NCBI RefSeq assembly: GCF_009914755.1
Contig: NC_060938.1
Reading direction: 5' to 3' (one strand)
From: the human T2T-CHM13v2.0 reference genome, Homo sapiens
DNA length: 64,000 bases
Below are positions 1 to 16,354 of this stretch, in pieces. The translations under genes were made by a program, and so were the position numbers. The notes under the pieces were generated by a model. The model saw only the letters and a program-made list of their open reading frames with translations, was not told the origin of the DNA and did not search any database. The first letter of the stretch is position 1; every line of letters starts with the position of its first letter.

Positions 1-19
1 GAATCTCACATTTTCTCAC

Positions 20-976
<957 letters not shown>

Positions 977-1197
977 CTAGCGAATATATTGAGATATAAA
1001 ACCATAACTGGTATGTCACTCTTTAAAATTTAGATGGCTACAAGGGAGGCTTAAGTGGGAGGATTGCTTGAGCCCAAAAGGCTGGCCTGGGCAACAGAGT
1101 AAGGCCTCATTTAAAAAATTAATTATTAATTAAAATTTAGATGGAATTTATACATGATCTCAACTTGATAACCACCATCATACATTTAAGAATTAAT

Positions 1198-1500
<303 letters not shown>

Positions 1501-2043
1501 GGGCAAACCTCTAACAATTGGAAATTTTACACTGCATCTTCCTCCTTAAGCTTGTATTTCCATTCCACTTCCTTCAGAGAATTTGTCCTAATGTAACAGT
1601 TTAATGCTCTAAAGTCTTTCATTGATTACTCTGTATTTAATTTGGGAAAAATTCTCAAATCTTCAGATGCTACAGTTCCTTTCTATCTTAATTAATCTAA
1701 CTATTTTAATAGTACTGTAAGTATCAGAAAAAAAAGAGTAGGAATGAATTCAATGTTCATCACCAAAAGGAACAAGTAAATTATTGAAGACTACACAACT
1801 AGTAATAGAGCAAAATAAGACTTAACATGTGGGTCTTCTTACATTCAACTCACTGTTCTTTTCACTATGTCACACTGTCACTGCAGTAAATAATAAAACA
1901 TGATAATGAAGACACTGTTAATAATGAAGCATACAGGTTCAAATCCTAGCTAGAAAAAAAATAATGAGAGAACATTAAAAGCTCAAGCTCTTGAAGAACG
2001 GGGTAAAAATAGAAATAAATATCTGTCTTAAAAGTTTTCCCAC

Positions 2044-2528
2044 CTGATTTTTTTTAAGTCCATTTGTAACAGTTTGAAATATTCTTGGAGGAGAAAGCTT
2101 TGAAATATTTCTTTTTGACCTCCGAGGTATTGTTATATGAAGTCTTGGTGTTGCAAGTACAATTTTACATGTATCTTTCATGGAACCTGGAAGACCTGTC
2201 TCTCCAGGCACTGTTTTTCCATTTCCTTCCTTAACTTTCTGTTGCGAAGTCCCTTCTGTTGTCCTCTCACTATCAGAAACCATTAACAGGCTGCCATTTT
2301 TAATAGGAATACAATTAGTACTGAGAGTCTCAGCATTAGTATTTTGAAATTGTTCATCAGCAGAATCAACGCTTTCTAAAACAAACGTGTCCTTTTTGGA
2401 TTTAGTGGTTGCAACTATACTCTCCTTTGAGTGAAAAATTTGTTTAGCCAACTGAGCTCTAGTTAATGTCTTGTTTCGGGCTTCTACAGCCAAAAAATTT
2501 TCCTGTTCTTGGTTCAGAGTTGGAAGTT
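2044..2528 (-). CDS. MIS18BP1: MIS18BP1 exon 4 (485 nt, ends at codon 381, just before the SANTA domain)
   Basis: Acceptor TTTTTTGCAG|AA, donor CAG|GTGGGA; ELPTLNQEQ...GLKKNQ. 544+114+485=1143 nt = 381 codons, so the frame closes. The gene continues left of the window. Confidence 0.94.
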
Positions 2529-2770
2529 CTGCAAAAAATACAAAACAAAACAAAACAAAACAATTATAGAAGGATCACAGGAAATTAAAAGAGATAAATT
2601 TAGGTTAGGAACGTTCCACCCTCCTGCCCAGTCTTTCTCTGAGTGTCTCTTTTACGATTCAAGCTTTTGTCCACAGCTAAAGTTTAATGCCCACACAAGG
2701 AAAGTAATTACCTAGAACATTTAACAATATACTTAAGTAACAAACTGAAAACAAACCAAAAATAGTTTAC

Positions 2771-2884
2771 CGTAAGTTAAATTGTGCAGTGGTGCTTTCT
2801 TTTCCTGCTGGCACTGAATCTTTTGTTTGACCGGGAGGAAAATATCATTATTTGATGATTCTAGAGGAACTCCTTGGACTGAGG
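2771..2884 (-). CDS. MIS18BP1: MIS18BP1 exon 3 (114 nt, phase 1-1)
   Basis: Acceptor CCTTAG|CC, donor ACG|GTAAAC; reads ASVQGVPLES...LHNLTY in frame with exons 2 and 4. Confidence 0.94.
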
Positions 2885-4299
2885 CTAAGGTTTTATTTTT
2901 TAAAGAAAGAAGAAGTTGAATTGTATTAGTCACTAAGAAAAAAACAGCTTTTAAAATTCTTGAAATAAAGACACTTAGATTTAGTAATGATCAGACCAGT
3001 ATAGTACTTTTGCAATATATGACAGTTACATATATTTTTATATTTTTGGCTGTATTATCTTCTCATACCTTTACCCCATTCTCTATACCAACATTACGGT
3101 GAGGAAGAATTTTTTAAAACCTTCTCTGAACACAACCCGCCAGCTCTAGACAAAAGTATTGGACTTAGAAACCTAGAGATCTGAAATTCTGGTGCTGCCA
3201 CAAATTGGATATGTATATGTTAAGATTACAATATAAAGTTTCACCCAGTCTTGAAAATTCCGATTCTGTTTCTGGTTGCTGTGAATTTCTAAAGCATGAA
3301 AGATAGTCGAAGAATTGTAACTTATTCTTTAAAAATTAAAATGTTGAGATGCAACAGCAGACTCAGCCATAATTTATATCCTTTAGACAATTTTTAGTAG
3401 GCCTTCAAATGCTCAGAAGTTGTAGGTTTCTCAACTAGATAAATAAGGACTAATAGCACTGCTTGCATCTTATTCTGCTTTACCTCCTAGATTTTTAAAG
3501 TTTAATGTTTCTCGAATGTAGTTTCTTTCACACAAAAAGGGGATGATAATAGACTTAAAATTTGAGCCTGAGAAGAATTATCTTATATGTTTAATTTTAA
3601 ATTTTATACTTGAAAAAACTGGTAGTGACTATGCTTTAATAAGTATGCCACTTTGGTCTCAGAAATCTTAAGATAAAGATTTCATTATAACAACGTGTCA
3701 CAAAAAGAAACAATAAGTTTCTATATCTTTAACTCATTCTACAAGAAATGGCAAGGCAATTCAGTAGTAATTCAATCAAATGCAATAAGTTATATTTATT
3801 CACTTATGTGGGAGTCCCAGGTTCATGTAGACTCTCTAAAAGGTTTCTAAAAGTATATACAAAATTTGTGTTTCTATTTGTGTTTATATTTTCTGGGGGA
3901 AAGGGTCACCAGATTCTCAAAATGGTCAGGTATTTCTTACTCTCAAATGCTACCTTATTATATTTAAAAACTTTAATATGTATTATTTCATTTGCTTCTT
4001 CCTTTTCTCCCAGGCTATATGAGAAATAGATGACTTTGTGAGTCTCCCCACTTCTACCCCCAAACTCCCTTAGAAAACTCTGTGTTAGAATATGTCACTG
4101 TCTTGGAAATGCAACAATATACCCACAACCTACTGTGTAGTGGTTAAGAACATGGGCTTTCTAACAGATACCTATATTCAGTTATCAGCTTATTACTTGC
4201 TACCTATGAGACATAGAGCAAGCGGACTTACACTCTTTACAATCCCCATTTATAGACCACTAATGGGCATCTACCCATGTGTTCGTTGAAAGGATTAAA

Positions 4300-6720
<2,421 letters not shown>

Positions 6721-6752
6721 TTACAGCTTTTTAGCTAACACATAAAACTAAC

Positions 6753-7296
6753 CTCTTAGTGAACTGTCATCTGACTGGAATGATTTGTTGTTTTCCTTTT
6801 CTTCACATAGGTAGGTATGCTGCAATTTTTTTTTTTCAACTCTGTTAGGAGTGAAGGTTTCATTATTTCCACTTTTCTGTGGTTCCAACAAACTACTGTT
6901 TCTTGATGGCTGTTCTTGCTTGTCACGCAGTACTTTTTCTTTCATTCTTAGAAATATTTTTCCTGGTGATTCATAGTTTGCTTTATTTTTTAATCCATCC
7001 TTGTTGGGCTTTATAGCACTGATATCAAGAGAACTGTTAGAGGTAGTAGCCTCTGTTAGCATAGTTGATTGAAATATATTTTTATTGTTAAAAGTTGTCA
7101 TTTTTAGGAACTGATTCTTTTTATGGTCATTCAATTTTAAGGAGGAGTTCTGATATTTCACCAAATCTTTTACAGGAGTAAGTGTGCCTGAAGGAATGCT
7201 GTCAAAAAAGATTGCATCCATGGGTAGATTTCTCCTTTGAGAAGATGCCTCTGGAGGTAAGTAAATTCTTGAATGTTTCAAAGGTGTTGCAATCAT
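6753..7296 (-). CDS. MIS18BP1: MIS18BP1 exon 2 coding part (codons 1-181 +1 nt); exon probably spans 6753-7387 including 5'UTR
   Basis: Translation MIATPLKHSRIYLPPEASSQ... is the human M18BP1 N-terminus, including CDK sites T40-P-V-K and S110-P-G-K. ATG at 7296-7294; donor AG|GTTAGT after 6753; candidate acceptor CTACAG|GTTTC at 7387 (alternative TTTTCTGTTAG at 7325). Confidence 0.96.
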
Positions 7297-7525
7297 CTTG
7301 ACAAGAAAGTAGCAACCAAGTTCTTCTAACAGAAAATTCACTTAAGCGCAATTTTCAGATAGAACTTCAGAAGGGATCCACAGAAACCTGTAGTTCAACG
7401 TAAAATCAGCCTTTATCATGCTTTGGTGCAGAAAATGTTTAAAGTTTATTTGCTTTCCACAACATTATACTAATTAAAATGTTTAACTGGTTCATAACAA
7501 TACTAGATAATCACAAATCAGACTA

Positions 7526-7765
<240 letters not shown>

Positions 7766-8065
7766 TTAGGTTACAAAAGATAAAGTTCCACAAATATAAT
7801 TTTTCCCTTTAGGCAGTTAAATTTTAAGGCAGCAACTACAAGATCTATTCTAATAAAAGCTAAAAAAATACTATTCAATTAGTTAATAATACCCAATCCT
7901 GATTTTTTATGCTCCAGAGCATTTACATTTTAAGGTCTTAGTTGAAAAATCCTCAAATAAATGGTAAATTGTTTTCATTCTGATTTTTTTTAATGTAGTG
8001 CTATTTAGAATTTTTAGCAGAAATACTGTACTTGAGTTTACGTAGTTTTAGTCTTGTTTCTTTCG

Positions 8066-8375
8066 TTTTTTTTTTTTTTTTTTCTTTTTTTGGAGACAGA
8101 GTTTCCCTCTTGTTGCCCAGGCTGGAGTGCAGTGGTGATCTCAGCTCACCACAACCTCCGCCTCCCAGGTTCAAGCAATTCTCCTGCCTCAGCCTCCCGA
8201 GTAGCTGGAATTGGAATTATGTATGCACCACCACACCCGGCTAATTTTGTATTTTTGCTAGAGACAGGGTTTCTCCATGTTGGTCAGGCTGGTCTCAAAC
8301 TCCTGACCTCAGGTGATCTGCCTGTCTTGGCCTCCCAAAGTGCTGGGGTTACAGGTGTGAGCCACCGCGCCCGGC
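8066..8375 (-). mobile_element. AluS
   Basis: Full Alu; TSD CTTGTTTCTT. Confidence 0.9.
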
Positions 8376-8874
8376 CACAACTTGTTTCTTATGTATAAAT
8401 TTTATTATTCACACCTAGAAATTAAGGTTCTAGGTAAGGAACCATATAGTTGCATTAACTAATATTTGGTAAATAAATAAAACATTTCAATCCAAGGAGC
8501 CTGGAACTTACTAGTCTAGATTTACAGCATCTCTTATAGCTGAATTTATAACTATTCCAATTAGTTAACATCATATAAACATAAAAAAAAACTATCACAG
8601 AAAATTCTAACATAGCCAGACCAAAAAATATCAAGTATCTTTATCTACAGCAACTTCTGTGAGAAATAAGCAATTAATATACAAAGTATTATTTAATCCA
8701 ATAATTTATGATAATAGAGAAAAAAAGAAGGAAAATATTCCTAAATTACAACAGCCAACAAAGAAGGCTATCTTGGGAGTCTGGAGTTCCTAAAAACCAC
8801 TATAATTCTTTCATAACATACGAATCCTGCAAATACATATTAACGCATGCATGTATATGTTTATGATGTGCTAG

Positions 8875-9531
<657 letters not shown>

Positions 9532-9598
9532 TAGCTGTTCATTTCAAAGAAAGGCAATAAAGCTATACAATCTCTCAAAATCAAAAATGAATAAACTC

Positions 9599-10065
<467 letters not shown>

Positions 10066-10749
10066 TCATTTAAAGTCAGATAATTGTGGTCACGTTGAAA
10101 GGCTCCAAGAACCAAAACAGAGCTTTCTGTTTCCTAATGTCCCTGCCCCTAATTCAGGCAAGTAGTAGGATAAAGGTGATTAGCCAAGATTCTGAAAAAA
10201 TCCTCAAATTCCACTTCCCCTCCCAAAGAAACAGAAAGTTGCTCTAGGAGACCTTTTTCCCACCATGTGATAAACAGCAACTCAATATAAGCCAAGAAAA
10301 AAATCGTCTACAATTTCCTCTGACCACAGAGGCTCTGCAGAATAGATAAACAAGAAAAACCACTGGGTCTAGATAATCCAGGACACATCTGAAGCTCCAT
10401 TTCCTTCCTAGTCAAAACAGCTAAACAAAGAAATCAGCCTCTGATGAAACACAGACATTAGTGGAGATTTAGTAACTAGCAACCCGCAAGTGGAGGAAAG
10501 AACGCCTGTCCTGAAGCCAAGCACATTTGTTGACCTAACAGATGGAGGTCACTAACAAGAAATTGTTAGTTCCTCTCAGACTGGAGAAAGTATGTTTCCG
10601 TTTTCATTAACTGCTTAAAGTTGTTTGGAAAAATCTAATCCTTAAAACTTATTCTAAAAACTGACAAATGTTGATGTACTAGGGAAAAAAAATTGTTTTC
10701 AACATAAAGACATGGGAATGGGAAAACCATTGGATGAAAGGGCTGGCCA

Positions 10750-11084
<335 letters not shown>

Positions 11085-11091
11085 TTATAGT

Positions 11092-11412
11092 ACAGTCATG
11101 CACTGCATAATGACATCAAACCACATACACAGTGGTCCCATAAGATTATTTTGGTGTACCTTTTTTTTAAACTTATTTTTACTGTACCTTTTCTATATTT
11201 TGGTATGTTTAGATACACAAATACTTATCATTGTGTTACAACTGCCAACAGTATTCAGTAAAGTAACATGCTGTACAGGTTTGAAGCCCAGAATAGGTTA
11301 TAATATATAGCCTGGGTTTTTATAAGTACACTCTATGATATTGGCACAATGACAAAAATTACCTGAGAATGTATTTCTCAGAACGTATCCCAGTCAGTTA
11401 CAAGTGACATAT
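11092..11412 (+). mobile_element. Tigger3/MER7-like TcMar DNA transposon
   Basis: TA|CAGTCATGC terminus; internal GTGGTCCCATAAGATTA and TTTCTCAGAACGTATCCC. Confidence 0.75.
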
Positions 11413-12525
11413 ATAAATACAGAACTGAAGCTAAACAATTATGTATATGATCCTGAATGTAACTACTCCTCCTCCTCCTCCCAAAAAACATGGAAAGTTC
11501 TTGTAAGAATTTACTGTAGTGGTAGTAGTAATAACTATTACTATGGAATGGGTCAAAAATCCCAGAGCACACTAACCAAAACTGGGACATAGAATTAGGG
11601 GGAAAATAGAATTTTAAGTTAACAGGCAAATGATACACTTGAAAAAAATACTCAGCACATATGACAAAGGGCTAATTTAAATAACATTCAAAGAGACCTA
11701 ATAAATCAACTTTAAAAAATATACAAAACAGAAAATGGTCATGGGACATGAAAGGTGATTAATAGAATACAAAAGGCCAATAAACGAGTTGTGACACCTG
11801 ATTTTACTAATAAATGGAGATGCAAACTAAAACAGTGAGATTTCTTTTTCATATCACATTGGTAAATATTAATTTCAAAATGCAAGTATGCATACTATTG
11901 ACACGGAAATTCCACTTCTAACTTGTTTTTTCCTATAGAAACATCTGCGTAAGAATGCAAATATATATGTACCATAATTGCCGATATTTACTGAATATTT
12001 ACATGCCAGCCACTATATAATCTAACAGCAACTCTAAAGAGTTAAGTACTGTTATTACTCCCAATTTGAAAAAAGAGAAATTAAGGTATAAGGTGGTTAA
12101 GTAAGCTGCCCAAGGTCACTTGACAATAAGTGAGAAAGAGGAACCGATTCTACCCGACTCCATAGCTTCAGTTATTTACCAACAGGCAACAGTCTACACA
12201 CCCACTACACAGGGAAGTTCACTGCAGCATAAAATGAAATGAAACAACCCAGATGTCTACCAATAAAGGACAAAATAAATCCCGCCACATCCATACAATT
12301 TACTCTATGTATTCAATAAAAAGATATATATGTACTTATATGGAAAAGTATCCAAGAAACATTAAATTGAAAAAGAAAGTAACAACATAGAATTGCATTT
12401 GTTTAAAAAAATTTTTAAGTAAATAAATAAAACACATACAGGCATAGAGAAAAACTCTGGAAGCGGTGAACCAAATTGTAAACAGTGTTTATCTTTGAAG
12501 GCCAGGATGAAGTGGCCTACCATTT

Positions 12526-12608
12526 TCTTGAACTCCTGAGCTCAAAAGATCCACCCGCCTCGGCCTCCCAAAGTGTGGGATCACAGGCGTGTGCCACCGC
12601 GCCCGACC
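12526..12608 (-). mobile_element. 3'-truncated, tailless Alu fragment
   Basis: First ~83 nt of Alu, flanked by ACCATTTTCT direct repeats. Confidence 0.85.
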
Positions 12609-13044
12609 ATTTTCTAAATAATTTTATTAACATCTAAAGATGTTTGCAACAAGCATGCAATTTAACCAGAAGAAAACATAAGCTGAATGATCAACTGCTT
12701 CTATAGCCCTGTGGGTCCTGGGGTCCCAAGGGGAAGAGTTGGGTACTGAGGAATACAATTTTCCCACTTGGTATTCTAAAAAAAAAAAAAAAAAATTTAT
12801 TTTAGAACAAAGACCTAGAACGCTCACCATCGAAATAAATTTGAGCAATCGTGTTCTACTCTCTTAAGTACAGTAGACACGCAACAAGTAAACATCGAGT
12901 GCGAAGTATAAAATCCGTACCAAAGCCAGAAATCTACAAAAAAAATAAATAAAACCGCGTGAGCCGAGATGCTTAAAGGGCAGACGCCCACCATCTGCGG
13001 GGACCCGCGGTAGGAGGTTAGCGGAGGGCGCGGGGAGGACGTAC

Positions 13045-13212
13045 CTTGGATGAAGAGCCTGGCAGGGAGAGACTGCCGCAGTTCCGGCTCGGCTCCGCGC
13101 GGAGAGAGGGCCGCACGCCGCCGGGCTCGCGCCTCAGGCCCACGGTGTATCCTGCCCGCGGCGGCCAGGCGCCAAGCGACGCTTACCTCCTCCGCGACGT
13201 TCTCTAACACAC
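13045..13212 (-). other. MIS18BP1: MIS18BP1 non-coding exon 1 (5' end approximate)
   Basis: Donor AAG|GTACGT after 13045 inside the CpG island, just downstream of the promoter motif cluster; no ATG in the exon. TSS is inferred, not observed. Confidence 0.75.
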
Positions 13213-13217
13213 AAAAC

Positions 13218-13269
13218 ACTTCCGCAATTCAAATTTGAAGAGCCCGCCCTCCAGCCAGCCCGGGATTGG
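13218..13269 (-). promoter_or_regulatory. Cell-cycle core promoter: CCAAT (13265-13269), GC box/CDE-like GGGCGG, double CHR TTCAAATTTGAA (13228-13239), ETS-like GCGGAAGT (13218-13225)
   Basis: Motifs read directly; CCAAT plus CDE/CHR is the established architecture of DREAM/MuvB-regulated late cell-cycle genes. Confidence 0.8.
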
Positions 13270-13796
13270 CACGCTCGGGAATTGCGCCACCGTGCGTCTC
13301 ACAGGGACGCAAGAAAACTGCAGGCGGCCTCTGCACTCCGTGGACGGCAGTGTGTCCACAAAAAGTAGGCGACCCTAAGCTGTCACAGGCAGGGGGCGAG
13401 CTCCTCTAGTTGTCTTCAAAGTTCGTTTCGTCTTCGTAGGGCACGCGCCCACCCTGAATCCCGCCTTTCCTCTCGTGAAGCTCTGCCGGGACAAGGCTGA
13501 CGTGGGACGACGTGGGACGCCGTGGGCCGCGAGCGCGCCCCGGCACTACTGCGGCTAAGTTTGGCCTTTCCTGGTTGCCGTCCTCCCCTACAGGCTGTGC
13601 GCCGTAGCGGCTGTTATCCTTCTTTTCCGTCTCAGGAAAACAGCGTGCTTGGTGGGTTTGAGAGAACTTCTGTTTTTCTGTCCTCCATGTTTGAGGCGGA
13701 GAAAGAACATTTTGTTCTTGAGGTGATGATGGATTGAATGTAAAGTTACGCACAAAGTGGGATGTTTAGTTGGAACTGTTCCCTCAGGAAATACGA

Positions 13797-14073
13797 TTTT
13801 TTGGGCGTGGGGGACAGGGTTTCGCTCTGTCGCCTAGGCCTGAGTGCAGTGGCGCAATAACGGCTCACTGCAGTCTGGAACTCCAAGGGATCTTCCCACC
13901 TCAGCCTCCGAGTAGCTGGAACTACAGGCGCGCGCGACCATGCTTGGCTTATTTTTATTTTGTAGAGAGGAGGTCTCACCATGTTGCCCAGCCTAGTCTG
14001 GAACTCCTGGGTTCAAGCGATCCTCCATCTCGGCCTCCCAAAGTGCCAGGATTACAGGCAACCGCACCGAGCC
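13797..14073 (-). mobile_element. AluJ next to the CpG island
   Basis: AluJ features, with many CpGs retained. Confidence 0.85.
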
Positions 14074-15128
14074 AGGAAGTGATTAATTTTTTTTTAAGTC
14101 ACTTCACATTCCAGAAACATTAATCTCGACAACTCTAGGTTGCTGTAAGCAGCTTGTGACGGTGGCCCCCAGACTGCGTCCCGCTTTAGACTGCACCCAG
14201 TGAATCTCCACTCTAACCACCGCGGAGTGACCGGGTGTATTCTTCGCCTTGTATAGGGCACATTGGTTCAGTCTTGAAAGTAGAGAAGGGGAAGCCAGGG
14301 TAGTAAGGTGTGTTCTCAGCCCTGAACCCTGTCCAACTCCAGTCCTGCATGAAGTCTGTCCTCTTCCCCCCATCCGCATTTGTGACAACAGAGCTTCTTT
14401 TTATTTTATACTTCCATCTAAGAAAATTAGTCAACTTCTAGTCACATACCACATTTCCCCATTAAGAGGCTTTACTGAAAAGGTGGTAATTTTTTTTTAA
14501 AGTGACTTTTGCAGTCCCTTCTAAATCCTGCATGTACTAAATTTTGTACACACTGAATAATCAAAATCCAAAATATAAATTTAAAACATCCACGTGAATG
14601 CAAATAAGGAAAAACAGTTGGAGGTAGGGGGAAAGGAAGCAAACTTACCTGGATAAAATGAAGTTTCTTTCTTGTACACCATAATGAGAAAATGGTTGGA
14701 CATGGATTTGCACTACTTTTTTGGGAAAAACCCACCTTAAAACAGGTTAAATGGCATGTATGAAATATACTTTGATAGAGGAAGTTTGAAGGGATGGTCA
14801 TTCAGATTTTAAAGCACCTGAAATTGAGGTATAGGACGTTTCTGTGCCTGATGAAGATGGCCGTGGCTCACACATTTAGACAAAATAGGAACCCTGAAGT
14901 ATTAACAGCAGGCACTCAGAAATGCACACTTTTTTTAAATTAGCCACTTCTCATGTAAGAAGGAAGTAGTATGTAGTATGTCCCAATGTGAATGGCCACA
15001 GGAATTTACATAAGATGACTAGTAATTTTCCAAGCAAAATTGGATTAAACAGTTTGTGGATAAGAAAGTGTGATGAGAAAGCCTAGAGGCCAAGGGACAG
15101 TACCTCTGTCCCTTAAATGGCAACATGC

Positions 15129-15806
15129 TGTAACCGCCCAAGGGGTTCACCTTGCGTGCTGCCTAGACAGAGCTGATTGATCAATACAAGTAAATTGCAA
15201 TGGAGAAAGAGTAATTGACGCAGAGCCGGCTGTGCGGGAGACTAGTGTTTTATTATAACTCAAATCAGTCTTCCCTGAGCTTTTGGGGATCAGAGTTTTT
15301 GAGAATAATTTGGTGCGGGGAACCCAGTGAACTAGAGTGCTGATTGGTCAGGGATGAAATCATAGGGAGTAGAAGCTGTCTTCTTGCGCTGAGTGTTTCT
15401 GGTTTGGGGAGTCACAAAATCAGATGAGCCAGTTTATTGATCTGGGTGGTGCCAGCTGATCCCCTAAGTGCTGGGTCTGAAAAATAAGCACTGATCTTGG
15501 GAGCAGTTTAAGGAGGGGCAGAATCTTGTAGCCTCCAGCTGCATGACTCCTAAACCATAATTTCTAATATTGTGGCTAATGTTCTACAAAGGCAATCCAG
15601 TCTCTAGGCAAGAAGGAGGTCTGCTTTAGGTAAGGGCTATTACCGTCGTTGTTCGAACTATAAACTACAAACTAAGTTTCTCCGAAAGTTAGTTCAACCT
15701 ACACTCAGGAATGAACAAGGACAGCTTGGAGGTTAGAAGCAAGATGGAGTCAGTTAATTTATATTTCTTTCACTGTCCCAGTCATAATTTTGCAAAGGCA
15801 GTTTCA
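15129..15806 (-). mobile_element. LTR8-family solo LTR (ERV1)
   Basis: Termini TGAAACTGCCTTTGCAAAATTATGACT...GAACCCCTTGGGCGGTTACA on the minus strand; 4-bp TSD ATGC/GTGC. Confidence 0.85.
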
Positions 15807-16130
15807 GTGCTGACCAGGGTTGGCCCTCCTTTAAGTTTTTGTCCGCTCGGAGGGGAGACCATAATGAGAAAATGGTTGGACATGGATTTGCAGTTCACAG
15901 CCACCTGGGATAATCTGTCCCATCCTAGGCCTATACCTCATGGGAACACATGCGGACCCATGTAGGGTCCAAAAAAACGGACATGAAAGGAAGAGACAGA
16001 AAGCTTCACACTGTGTGCGAGTTGCTACCAAGGCATCTGGGCATGCTTAGCCTGGAGGAATATTCCCAGGACCGTGAAAAGTTGTAGCAGTACTTTTGGA
16101 GAAAGTAGAAAAACGATGTTTCCTCAAGGC

Positions 16131-16354
16131 CAAGGGTTCTCAAGCAGGAAAAGTTTTGCCCCCCTTGGGACAATTGGCAATGTCTGGAGACATTTATAAA
16201 TGTCACAATTAGGGAGGGTACCAGTGGCATCTTGTGGGTAGAGGACAGATATACTACTAAACGTCATAGTGTAATGGTGGGGTGGCCAGCCCCCCCAACA
16301 TTACAAAGGATTAACTATTTTAAAATATCAGCAGTGCCATGGTTGAGAAATTCT
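16131..16354 (+). mobile_element. MER20 hAT transposon
   Basis: TTGGCAATGTCTGGAGACATTT and GGCATCTTGTGGGTAGAGG are MER20 hallmarks. Confidence 0.82.

Larger units (their letters stand above)
12950..13620. promoter_or_regulatory. CpG island / MIS18BP1 promoter
   Basis: Sharp rise in GC and CpG density relative to the AT-rich flanks; overlaps exon 1. Confidence 0.92.

Noticed and set aside
7297-7341. 15-codon in-frame extension upstream of the MIS18BP1 ATG
   Set aside because: Starts at GTG directly after a TAA; the known protein begins MIATPLK. No support for use.
12824-13753. ORFs of 60-131 aa across the promoter
   Set aside because: Expected in GC-rich, stop-poor CpG-island DNA; no recognisable domain.
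15092-15114. 9-bp perfect hairpin AAGGGACAG-N5-CTGTCCCTT
   Set aside because: A stem this short is compatible with chance in 64 kb.
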